Virus record (IMG/VR): IMGVR_UViG_3300012173_000082
Location: 1 to 25,777 of that record
DNA from: a virus
Taxonomy: Duplodnaviria; Caudoviricetes
Length of the DNA: 25,777 nt
Direction: 5' to 3' (one strand)
In this document: piece after piece, positions 7,229-15,053 of the stretch
Numbering within the stretch: the first letter of the stretch is position 1
Layout of the letters: the number at the start of each line of letters is the position of its first letter
The notes under the pieces: generated by a model
Told to the model about the DNA's origin: nothing
The model's input: the letters and a program-made list of their open reading frames with translations, nothing else
The model's database searches: none
Position numbers and translations under genes: made by a program

Positions 7229-7440
7229 TGGTAAAAACTACTTCTACCTTACAACCTCCAACCCCAAAAACTACTAAACAAATTTTAGCTCTAGCTAGTC
7301 GTGTTAGAACTAATTATCGTTGCGGAGATTTACCTACCGCAGGATTTATTAAGACTCAAGTAGTATTTGAGTTAGATAAATACTTTGACTATTGGAAAGA
7401 TTTTTACACTAACAATCGTACTCGCAGACACGGAGGATAG
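7222..7440 (+). CDS. Small hypothetical protein
   Basis: Overlaps the upstream stop; tight packing with its neighbours. Confidence 0.6.
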   Translation: MLMVKTTSTLQPPTPKTTKQILALASRVRTNYRCGDLPTAGFIKTQVVFELDKYFDYWKDFYTNNRTRRHGG

Positions 7441-7443
7441 GTT

Positions 7444-7596
7444 ATGTTATATCGATATGGAAAGCGCTGTTTATACCAGTTTCTCTACAGTATAAATGAT
7501 AACTCATTTACTTGGTTCCAGATAGCTTGTATTCGTTGGTATCTTGGAACTATTCGGTGGCAACAAATAACTAAGGAGAGCCGTGATGGGAACTAA
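7444..7596 (+). CDS. Small aromatic-rich hypothetical protein (50 aa)
   Basis: Below the ORF-track cutoff. GGAGG RBS, MLYRYGKRCLYQFLYSINDNSFTWFQIACIRWYLGTIRWQQITKESRDGN; fills the gap exactly. Confidence 0.65.
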   Translation: MLYRYGKRCLYQFLYSINDNSFTWFQIACIRWYLGTIRWQQITKESRDGN

Positions 7597-8287
7597 AACT
7601 CTTCAACTGATGGTTACTACTCTTAAACAAAAGTTACATAATCTCCCTGAACACGATCAACAGTTTGCCGCCAGTTTTATTTCCCAATATGAACGAAAGC
7701 TGGATCTCTCGGAAAAACAGCAGTATTGGGTAGATAAGCTAATACAAAAAGCAGGCAGTTCAACTGAACAACATTCTTCTCCTGTGGAGGAAATCTTCGA
7801 TGGAAGCCATCTCCTTAGTCATTTCCAAAAAGCTGCGAAGTTTCTTAAATACCCGAAACTTAAAATGCAAACTCCTTCGGGTAAACCGATACTATTTTAT
7901 ATTTCCGGACAACGTAGTAAAACGCCTGGCATTATTGTTATCACTAACGGAAAACAATATCCTAACCGCATTTTATACGGGACTGTGGAATCTACAGGTA
8001 CTGGAGAACTTATCCATTCCACGAACAGTGAAATTAAAACATATATTCGTAGGGTGGCTGTCAATCCCACAGAAGAAGCTAAACAACTTGGAATTAGAGT
8101 TTCTTCCTGTTGCTTCTGTGGTCTTGAGCTTACAAACTCAATCTCTGTGTTTCATGGTTACGGTCCAATCTGTGCTGCACATTGGGGGCTACCGTGGGAA
8201 GGAAGTGCAGAAGAAACAGAAAAAGTAAAAGAACAAGAAAAACTAGCTCAACTGCAACTTATTGATCTTGACCCGGAGGCAGCATGA
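7586..8287 (+). CDS. DUF6011-like zinc-binding protein
   Basis: C-terminal CCFCGLELTNSISVFHGYGPICA matches the CxxCGxxLT...S...GxGPxC pattern; AAGGAG RBS. Confidence 0.85.
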   Translation: MGTKTLQLMVTTLKQKLHNLPEHDQQFAASFISQYERKLDLSEKQQYWVDKLIQKAGSSTEQHSSPVEEIFDGSHLLSHFQKAAKFLKYPKLKMQTPSGKPILFYISGQRSKTPGIIVITNGKQYPNRILYGTVESTGTGELIHSTNSEIKTYIRRVAVNPTEEAKQLGIRVSSCCFCGLELTNSISVFHGYGPICAAHWGLPWEGSAEETEKVKEQEKLAQLQLIDLDPEAA

Positions 8288-8507
8288 TTTATGTTCTTTA
8301 TAGTTCAGAAAAAAAGAGTTATATTATTAAAAGCTTAGTTACTTTATCTCCATTTTTGGAGGATGGACACAAGCTACCTTTTGGACAAATCTTAATGCTA
8401 TAAAATGGTATAAAAAAAGACATGATAAAAATAATAGCTGGCAAATACAACGAGTATCTATTAAAATACTAGAAATAATAACAGACGTAACACCAACGGA
8501 TTCATAA
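8284..8507 (+). pseudogene. Probable small gene split by a -1 frameshift
   Basis: ATG 8284 overlaps the upstream TGA and has a GGAGG RBS (MIYVLYSSEKKSYIIK..., stop 8403). The -1 frame is open 8331-8507 with no ATG and ends 2 nt before the next gene. Confidence 0.55.
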
Positions 8508-8509
8508 TT

Positions 8510-8731
8510 ATGGAGACGTTTAACTTAGATACAGTTTATATTGGTAGTGAAGGTAACTATTATCAACGTAAGCTGCAAGAGTTTAAGTGGTATCTATTAC
8601 GATCAATAGGTGCGGCTCAGAGAAAGCAGCCGTTTCGCAAAGGTAAAACTCAGAAGGATAAAAAGAAGAAACTATCTTGGAAGCACAGAGCTTCTCCATT
8701 TTACAATATACATTCTCAACAAGGAGAGTAA
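8510..8731 (+). CDS. Small basic hypothetical protein
   Basis: Tightly packed between neighbours; Lys-rich. Confidence 0.65.
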   Translation: METFNLDTVYIGSEGNYYQRKLQEFKWYLLRSIGAAQRKQPFRKGKTQKDKKKKLSWKHRASPFYNIHSQQGE

Positions 8732-8733
8732 TT

Positions 8734-8937
8734 ATGAATTTCTCTGTTCACCGCATAACTGAACTTATAGTAGGCTGGAATTGTATTCCATCTTCCGATA
8801 TTCCTATATTAACTATTACAGCAAAAACTAACGATCCAGCACGTGTAGATATTACTCTATTTTGTCTTTCTTCTGACGTTGTATCACAGTTTATTCAAGC
8901 CGCGAAAGAGCTTGACATCCCCCTGCCGCGCGCGTAA
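8734..8937 (+). CDS. Small hypothetical protein (MNFSVHRITE...)
   Basis: AAGGAG RBS before the ATG at 8734. Confidence 0.75.
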   Translation: MNFSVHRITELIVGWNCIPSSDIPILTITAKTNDPARVDITLFCLSSDVVSQFIQAAKELDIPLPRA

Positions 8938-8940
8938 ACT
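8912..8940 (+). promoter_or_regulatory. Internal sigma70-type promoter for 9017-9748
   Basis: TTGACA 8912-8917, 17-nt GC-rich spacer, TAAACT 8935-8940. Confidence 0.75.
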
Positions 8941-9016
8941 ATCTACCAGCGTCGGGAAATAAACAACCGATGTTGTTTTCAACCTAGTAGTATTTAACCC
9001 TATCAAGGAGCCATCA

Positions 9017-9748
9017 ATGCCTACCGAAGCTACTATCGAAGCTGTTGTTGATCCCGTTGCTGCTGCTGCTGCTAAAGTTGCTGCTGCTGCTGAACTTGCT
9101 GCATTTAATGCAGAGATGTCTGCTGCACTGAAAGCAGCTATGGAACATCCTTCTCCCATCGCTGGAACTGTTCTACAGCCCATCAAGTTTACTTTTAAGA
9201 AGGATGATCTGGGAGTAAAACGTCCTACTGTGGAATTGGCTTTGCCTGTTCCTACAGCGGATACTGTTACTTCTATGTTGGCAGATGAGAAGCAGCGTAA
9301 CTATCTTCTCTCTGTTCTTGCAGACCAGGTATATCTGCAAGCTCGCCAACAAGTTGGCAATGAATCAAGTCCAGTAAACAAGCAAGATCAGCTGGATTTG
9401 ACCAAGCTGACAATGGAATACATTGCCAGCATTCCTCCTTCCGAACGTCGTGGTGGTGGAATCAGCAAGGAAACATGGGCAGATTTCTTCAAAGATTACA
9501 TCGAAGTTATGCCCAGCGTTACTGGCAAGAACAAAGAACAGGTTGAAAATGCGGGCAAGTTGTTTGTTGCTCGCTTGCAGCCAGTCAAAACACAGAAGAA
9601 AATCCTTACATTCCTTCAATCACAGCTTGCACTGTGGTTTACCAACACACAGGCTGCTGATGATTTTGCGGAAGTCTACGAGTTTCTCACTGGTAAGATC
9701 GAGGACTTCCTGAAGCGCGACGAAGCAGAACTGTTGCAAAATCTCTAA
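9017..9748 (+). CDS. Hypothetical protein (243 aa), probably abundant; Ala-rich N-terminus
   Basis: AAGGAG RBS, own promoter and downstream hairpins. Confidence 0.92.
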   Translation: MPTEATIEAVVDPVAAAAAKVAAAAELAAFNAEMSAALKAAMEHPSPIAGTVLQPIKFTFKKDDLGVKRPTVELALPVPTADTVTSMLADEKQRNYLLSVLADQVYLQARQQVGNESSPVNKQDQLDLTKLTMEYIASIPPSERRGGGISKETWADFFKDYIEVMPSVTGKNKEQVENAGKLFVARLQPVKTQKKILTFLQSQLALWFTNTQAADDFAEVYEFLTGKIEDFLKRDEAELLQNL

Positions 9749-9834
9749 TCTCCACATCAGGTATTCTTTGGCAGTTTCTTTTTCCTACGATAAAGAAACT
9801 GTCCTCCTGCTGCCACTTCAAAAGAGTGGTAGTC

Positions 9835-9874
9835 AGAAAGAGCCTCTAGCAATAGGGACTCTTTCTAGCTATTT
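9835..9874 (+). terminator. Terminator-like hairpin with a GCAA tetraloop, last of three tandem hairpins
   Basis: AGAAAGAG-CCTCTA-GCAA-TAGGG-A-CTCTTTCT; the U-tract is weak. Confidence 0.55.
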
Positions 9875-9886
9875 CAGGAGTTAGAT

Positions 9887-10222
9887 GTGGAGCACGGAGA
9901 ATTAACACTTCAACAACTATACAACACCTTACTGGCAGGTAAGCGTGTTGCTATGCAGTTTGCCACCTCAGAAGTAGCTGAGGCATTCAGGATCAAACTG
10001 CATAAATACAAATCTAGACAAGATCAGCTTCTTGAAGGCATTGGTATGCAGCCGGAAGAAGCTCGTGCAGTGCTTAGCTTTACTAAAGCACAGGCAAAAG
10101 ATTCTCCCAATTCCCCGGCAGTAATAATCTTACAGTTTCGACAAGAACATACTCCCAAGTATGAAGTAGTTATACTTGAGGAGGAAGATAAAACAGGATT
10201 AGAAGATGCTCCCTCCAACTAA
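9887..10222 (+). CDS. Hypothetical protein
   Basis: AGGAG RBS, GTG start. Confidence 0.8.
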   Translation: MEHGELTLQQLYNTLLAGKRVAMQFATSEVAEAFRIKLHKYKSRQDQLLEGIGMQPEEARAVLSFTKAQAKDSPNSPAVIILQFRQEHTPKYEVVILEEEDKTGLEDAPSN

Positions 10223-10499
10223 ACAACGTAAGTATTATAAAATCTGGAAATTACTGCGGCGTAATTTTGCTTGTAATGTGCAGGTAAATAGACTAATTGC
10301 CGCCCGAGTTATTAAGGCTGTGGTAAAAGAGAAATATATGGACACTATTTATAGGATGATAAATCCTATTGATACTCCGAGGCTAGATATTAAACAGATA
10401 CCGCTAAGTGATAAGGTGCATGTGCGGATAGAATTTAGGTTAAGACAAAGATACGGACTGGTAGATATTAAAACCACTATTGAGGAGATACAACTCTAA
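10206..10499 (+). CDS. Basic hypothetical protein
   Basis: Overlapping start and coupled stop (TAATG). Confidence 0.8.
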   Translation: MLPPTKQRKYYKIWKLLRRNFACNVQVNRLIAARVIKAVVKEKYMDTIYRMINPIDTPRLDIKQIPLSDKVHVRIEFRLRQRYGLVDIKTTIEEIQL

Positions 10500-10765
10500 T
10501 GCCCCTTAATCAAATAAATCATGGTGATGTATCTTGGTGGAAATTATCAGAAGGTTGGTCAGAAACACGTCAACATGCTAAATCTAAATGGATATTTGCT
10601 AACAAATCCTGTATTATTCCTTATGGTACTTATGTAGTTGATATCGAAAACGGAATATTGCGTGTTGAAACAAAAAAATTATTAGACTTACTTAACGAGA
10701 ATTTTAATATAGTATACAGAATTTTCAGAGAGGAAATACTTAAGGAACAGAAATGTCAGAAGTAA
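10499..10765 (+). CDS. Hypothetical protein
   Basis: GAGGAG RBS, TAATG coupling. Confidence 0.75.
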   Translation: MPLNQINHGDVSWWKLSEGWSETRQHAKSKWIFANKSCIIPYGTYVVDIENGILRVETKKLLDLLNENFNIVYRIFREEILKEQKCQK

Positions 10766-11067
10766 AACAATCTTCTTCAGAAGCTATTATTGAGTACCCT
10801 GGACTGTATCAGTTACAGGAACTAATACTCAATCTCGACAAAGCTTTGAAGGAGAAACATCCTGCAATGCCTTCCCTTCTGCAAACTATTCACCGTAATC
10901 TTAGCCAAGACCCCGAATTAGTACATCTGCTAAAGCCGGAAGATAGAGCAGTAGTTTTTGCTGCCCTTCAGGTCAAAACTAATACTCGTATTGTTAGTGA
11001 CACTGTAGCAAGCGCTTCTAGTGGAAAGAATAAGACGCTGAGAAATCTTGGACTGGAGGACTTATGA
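10753..11067 (+). CDS. Hypothetical helical protein ending ...KNKTLRNLGLEDL
   Basis: AAGGA RBS, ATGA coupling to the next gene. Confidence 0.85.
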   Translation: MSEVKQSSSEAIIEYPGLYQLQELILNLDKALKEKHPAMPSLLQTIHRNLSQDPELVHLLKPEDRAVVFAALQVKTNTRIVSDTVASASSGKNKTLRNLGLEDL

Positions 11068-11396
11068 GTAGTATTCTTGGAAGTAATATATTTTGTAAAC
11101 CATCAATACCGCCGCCTGAGTTGGGTCTAACTAAAATATCGGAATTAAATACTACTATTATATCGCTGGCTATTTATACTTGTCCTGCGCTACAGAATAA
11201 AGAGACACTATACGCAACAGCTATATGTTGTGGCCAAGCAATAGAAACTACATTTTCTCATAATAAGGATTCTACTGTACAAGAAATAACTACTGAAGTT
11301 ATAAAGTATTTATTGGATTGTTATATTAATAAAGCTGTGGCTGAACGCGAAGAATATAAACAGCTAATGGGGAGAAACTATGTCGGACCAAATTGA
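11064..11396 (+). CDS. Hypothetical protein
   Basis: GGAGG RBS, ATGA overlap. Confidence 0.75.
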   Translation: MSSILGSNIFCKPSIPPPELGLTKISELNTTIISLAIYTCPALQNKETLYATAICCGQAIETTFSHNKDSTVQEITTEVIKYLLDCYINKAVAEREEYKQLMGRNYVGPN

Positions 11397-11715
11397 TCCT
11401 ACAACTCTACGTTTTTGTAGAGATTGTAAACACCTACTAGGTAATAGATCCTATCCTGATAATACTGATAATTGGAGGTGTCATGCTGAAGGTAATCTTA
11501 ATGCAAGTAGTTATGATTTAGTTAGCGGAAAAAAATTATTATCCTTTGTTGAAAAAGATTGTTATGCAGCTAGAGATAATCCTAATTCTTGTGGTCAAAC
11601 TGGTAGGTGGTACGAAGAATATATTAAACCGGATTATTATGCAGTTGGGTCTAAAGTAGAAAATATACCACCAAAACCTAAGTCTCTAAAAACAATTGGA
11701 TTGGACGATCTATAA
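11380..11715 (+). CDS. Cys-rich putative zinc-binding protein ending ...KPKSLKTIGLDDL
   Basis: CRDCKH...C...C...CG motif; GGGGAG RBS. Confidence 0.85.
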   Translation: MSDQIDPTTLRFCRDCKHLLGNRSYPDNTDNWRCHAEGNLNASSYDLVSGKKLLSFVEKDCYAARDNPNSCGQTGRWYEEYIKPDYYAVGSKVENIPPKPKSLKTIGLDDL

Positions 11716-12671
11716 TGCTACATCTTCTGCTTAAACAACTTAGTCACAGTAGTCTTAATCTACTGCATACGTGTCCCAGGAAATACCAGCTCACCAAACT
11801 ATGTGGTAGGCAGGAGCAAGACTCCGAAGATTTAGAATTTGGTAAAGCTGTTGGCTATGGAATTCAACAGCTCCTTCTAGGGCGGTCAGTTGTAGACGTT
11901 TTCTTTGATGTATTCCTTGGCTGGAAGCGGGATATAGAAGAAGATAGTCCGGCAATAAACAGAAAAAAGAAAACAATATGGCATGCACTTAGTGCTATAC
12001 AAATCTTTGAACGTACACATCTTATACAACTTAACAACCACTATGAAGTAGCTACTTTTAATGAAGTTCCAGCAGTAGAACTTGGCTTTCGTATTAAGAT
12101 TGGTGCCGATTATTATTATAGGGGTTTCGTGGACGTAGTTCTTATACACAAAGTTAAGAGGGAATTGTTAGTGGTAGAGTTGAAAACAACAGCAGCAAAA
12201 TACATACATGAAGCTAAGTTTGCTAATAGTAGTCAAGGACTTGGGTATAGTCTTATCTGTGATTTTATTGCTCAACAGCATCCTGATGTTATTGCAAGTA
12301 GTTATCGAATACTCTATCTAGTATATAAAACTACGCTGCTTGAATATGAAGAAATGTTTTTTAGTAAATCTCATAGTCAGCGCGCCCAGTGGATTAAAGA
12401 AATGTTAGTTGAAGTTGATACTATGGAGATTTATGATAGAGAAGATTGTTTTCCTATGCACGGAGAAAGCTGCGAATCTTGGGGTAGACCTTGTGACTTC
12501 TTTGGAGTATGTAATCTTAGTAATGATGTGCTGCTGAAAAATCCTCCTACAGACTATAAAATAGAAGCTGATATAGATTTTACATTTAATATCTCGCTAA
12601 TCGAATTAATTGAAGCTCAGTTGCTACGCCATCAACAGCCACATGGAGAACTTACAAATGAAACTCTCTGA
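11715..12671 (+). CDS. PD-(D/E)XK exonuclease, Cas4/AddB(RecB)-like with probable Fe-S cysteines
   Basis: LSHSSLNLLHTCPRKY, E...GFVD...VVELKT, Q..GY, and C-terminal CESWGRPCDFFGVC. Confidence 0.88.
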   Translation: MLHLLLKQLSHSSLNLLHTCPRKYQLTKLCGRQEQDSEDLEFGKAVGYGIQQLLLGRSVVDVFFDVFLGWKRDIEEDSPAINRKKKTIWHALSAIQIFERTHLIQLNNHYEVATFNEVPAVELGFRIKIGADYYYRGFVDVVLIHKVKRELLVVELKTTAAKYIHEAKFANSSQGLGYSLICDFIAQQHPDVIASSYRILYLVYKTTLLEYEEMFFSKSHSQRAQWIKEMLVEVDTMEIYDREDCFPMHGESCESWGRPCDFFGVCNLSNDVLLKNPPTDYKIEADIDFTFNISLIELIEAQLLRHQQPHGELTNETL

Positions 12672-13575
12672 TTATGTAGAGCAGTCTTTTGCTCCACAAC
12701 ATATTATGGTTTTTGGAGATAGTAAAACCGGTAAGACTGAGCTAGTTGGTAAACTGGCGGAGAGGTTTAAACTACATTGGTTCGATCTGGAAAATGGGTT
12801 TAAAACTCTGCTAAAACTTCCTGCTGCTTTTAAAGAAAATATTACTCTCTACCACATTCCCGATACTCGTAGCTATCCTGTCGGTATAGATACAATGCTC
12901 AAAGTAATCAAGGGAGGAGAAGTAAAGATTTGTGAACAACATGGCAAAGTAACTTGTTTAGTGTGCCAGAAGAATACGGCGCCTCAACAAACATTTACTT
13001 TGCATAAGCTGGGGCCTAATGATATATTCATAGTAGATTCTGGCACTCAGCTTGGTAATAGTGCAATGAATCATTTAACCAGAAATCTGGATGATGATTA
13101 TAAACCTGATTGGGATGATTATCGTAGACAAGGATTTATGTTGGATCGATTTCTTAGCAATCTTCAACACGGAGCATATCATGCGATCATTATTAGTCAT
13201 ACTACGATGGCTCGTATGGAGAATGCAGAAAAAACTAAGTTGGTACCGGTTATGGGAACTGATAATTTTAGTCGTAATGTTGCTAAGTATTTTGATCACG
13301 TCGTTTATTGCGATATTGGTACTGGCAAGCATGTTTATGGAAGTAGTACAATTTATAGACCACAAATTTTAACCGGTAGTAGAACTGATGTGAGGATAGA
13401 AGATCAAGAGAAAGAAAACGCTAAGGCGGTTGTAACATTAATGCCATTCTTTGATGGTACAATTCCACCAGCAGAGAAAGAATCTAAACCCGATGCAACC
13501 GTTAGTGCATTAGAGGCTGCAAGAGCAAGAGCAGCTTCTATAGCAGCGGTTAACAAAACAGGAGATGCGCTGTGA
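12658..13575 (+). CDS. Sak4-like/AAA_24 RecA-fold ATPase with a zinc-finger-like insert
   Basis: Walker A GDSKTGKT, Walker B IFIVDS, ISH, YFDHV; insert CEQHGKVTCLVC; GGAG RBS before ATG 12658. Confidence 0.85.
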   Translation: MKLSDYVEQSFAPQHIMVFGDSKTGKTELVGKLAERFKLHWFDLENGFKTLLKLPAAFKENITLYHIPDTRSYPVGIDTMLKVIKGGEVKICEQHGKVTCLVCQKNTAPQQTFTLHKLGPNDIFIVDSGTQLGNSAMNHLTRNLDDDYKPDWDDYRRQGFMLDRFLSNLQHGAYHAIIISHTTMARMENAEKTKLVPVMGTDNFSRNVAKYFDHVVYCDIGTGKHVYGSSTIYRPQILTGSRTDVRIEDQEKENAKAVVTLMPFFDGTIPPAEKESKPDATVSALEAARARAASIAAVNKTGDAL

Positions 13576-13880
13576 GAGTAAACGTATACGCAGAAGAAAT
13601 GACTCAAAAAGTGGAGATTATAAGTAAGAGTGTAGATGGACAGAAATTCACTGGGCTTAGATTTTATCTGGAACTGCCAGTTACTGTGCCTGTTGTTAGT
13701 GAAGGACAACACATGGGATATACTCAACACAAAGGTCCCTTCCTTCAGAAGCCTGGAGATGATGATAGTAGCGCAGTAACCTTTTGGGGTAAGAGAGATT
13801 TAAGAACATTACTTATCAGGGCAATAGAACTGTTGGATCGACACTACGGAAATCAAAACCGAGAAGGAGGTAAAGTATGA
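13572..13880 (+). CDS. Hypothetical phage protein
   Basis: GGAG RBS, GTGA overlap. Confidence 0.85.
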   Translation: MRVNVYAEEMTQKVEIISKSVDGQKFTGLRFYLELPVTVPVVSEGQHMGYTQHKGPFLQKPGDDDSSAVTFWGKRDLRTLLIRAIELLDRHYGNQNREGGKV

Positions 13881-14224
13881 TTTATACTTCAGAAGATTTT
13901 GGCCGAACTTGTCAACGTACCTTTGCATCTATTGTTAATCTTGCTGCTACTAAAGGAAGGGAGTATAGCGGAGCAGAAGATAGGCTCGCTAACTTTCGTC
14001 GTTATGCAGAAACACTGGATTTAGACTACCGTAAAGTACTCCTAGTGTATGCAGGTAAACACTGGGATTCAATTTGTTCGTACTGCAAAGAAGGCCAGGT
14101 CTTTAGCAACGAGGGAATAGAAGGTAGGATCGACGATCTTATCGTTTATCTTCTCTTGCTCAAGTGCATGGTGTATGAGCAGAACACCACCGCAAGCGAT
14201 GCTCCTTCTGCTTCAACCAAGTAA
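13877..14224 (+). CDS. Nucleotide-modification-associated domain 1 (Nmad1/DUF1599-like), all-alpha NTP-pyrophosphatase-related
   Basis: KGREYS...DRLANF...KHWDSI...EGIEGRIDDLIVYLLLL pattern; AAGGAGG RBS. Confidence 0.7.
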   Translation: MIYTSEDFGRTCQRTFASIVNLAATKGREYSGAEDRLANFRRYAETLDLDYRKVLLVYAGKHWDSICSYCKEGQVFSNEGIEGRIDDLIVYLLLLKCMVYEQNTTASDAPSASTK

Positions 14225-14265
14225 CACTTCTTCAACGCATCATTCATTCAAAGGAACTATCAACT

Positions 14266-14718
14266 ATGACTACCGAGCAAACAGCAGCTTTGGACTTTTC
14301 TGTTCTTGACGGTGAACTCGATGACATCGAGGATTTGCCAGGTTTTGGTGCCTATCCTTCTGGTGCCTATGTAGTAGACTTGGTAAAAGGTTTGGTAAGG
14401 AAAGCTATTGCCAAACATCCCGCTGTTGAGATGGAAATGACATTGGTCGAAGTGAAGGAACTTGCTAATCCTGAAGGTGATGATGTAGTACCTGAGGTTG
14501 GCGATGTTTGCAGTACTGCCTTCATGCTCGACAACGAGATTGGCAGAGGATTTCTCAAACTTGTTCTTAAACCCATCAGTGAAGCATTGGGTATTAGGAA
14601 CAACAATGAACTTCTTGCTGCCAGCAAAGGTATTCGTGCTCTTGTAGTAATCAAAAAAACGCACGATGATAAGAAAGACAGAGACTACGCAAATCTCGTT
14701 TCCTTTGCTGTGATGTAA
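14266..14718 (+). CDS. DUF669-like single-stranded DNA-binding protein
   Basis: Acidic N-terminus LDDIEDLPGFGAYPSGAYVV, beta-rich body ending YANLVSF, and position next to the Sak4-like ATPase and nuclease. Confidence 0.7.
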   Translation: MTTEQTAALDFSVLDGELDDIEDLPGFGAYPSGAYVVDLVKGLVRKAIAKHPAVEMEMTLVEVKELANPEGDDVVPEVGDVCSTAFMLDNEIGRGFLKLVLKPISEALGIRNNNELLAASKGIRALVVIKKTHDDKKDRDYANLVSFAVM

Positions 14719-14756
14719 AAACCAGCACCACTAGCAATAAAAACAAAGTAGCCCTA

Positions 14757-14800
14757 ACTCTGGGCACCGGCTAACAACTGGCGCCCAGAGTATTTTTCTT
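14757..14800 (+). terminator. Rho-independent terminator
   Basis: ACTCTGGGC-ACCGG...CTGGC-GCCCAGAGT followed by ATTTTTCTTT. Confidence 0.8.
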
Positions 14801-14813
14801 TAAAGGAGTTTGT

Positions 14814-15032
14814 ATGAAACAACAAACTATATTGATGATAATCGATCCTGCTTGGGGAACAGATAAACCCTATCCTTCGCACGCTGAACAATACAGAAAG
14901 TATCACGGTGAAATTGCTTGGTTATATAATCCTTGGACAAAAAATTCTAGAGATCCACGAGATATTGGAATGGATCCATTTGGTTTTCTTATTATTCCTC
15001 CAGGAGAACCTACATCTGGAGGGGATATTTAA
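14814..15032 (+). CDS. Small Trp/Pro-rich hypothetical phage protein (YPSHA...AWLYNPWT)
   Basis: AAGGAG RBS. Confidence 0.8.
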   Translation: MKQQTILMIIDPAWGTDKPYPSHAEQYRKYHGEIAWLYNPWTKNSRDPRDIGMDPFGFLIIPPGEPTSGGDI

Positions 15033-15053
15033 TAGTATAGTTATATTATTTAT

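Noticed and set aside
8268-8296. TTGACC...TATGTT promoter-like match
   Set aside because: Weak -10 and a 16-nt spacer, overlapping an RBS and start codon; insufficient support.
8310-8316. A-AAA-AAG as the productive -1 frameshift site
   Set aside because: The -1 frame stops at TAA 8328-8330, so it cannot join the two halves.
11715-12671. CRISPR-Cas adaptation gene cas4
   Set aside because: No array or other cas genes; the context is a phage recombination module.
14260-14664. Minus-strand ORFs over the SSB-like gene
   Set aside because: Antisense shadows with no RBS.
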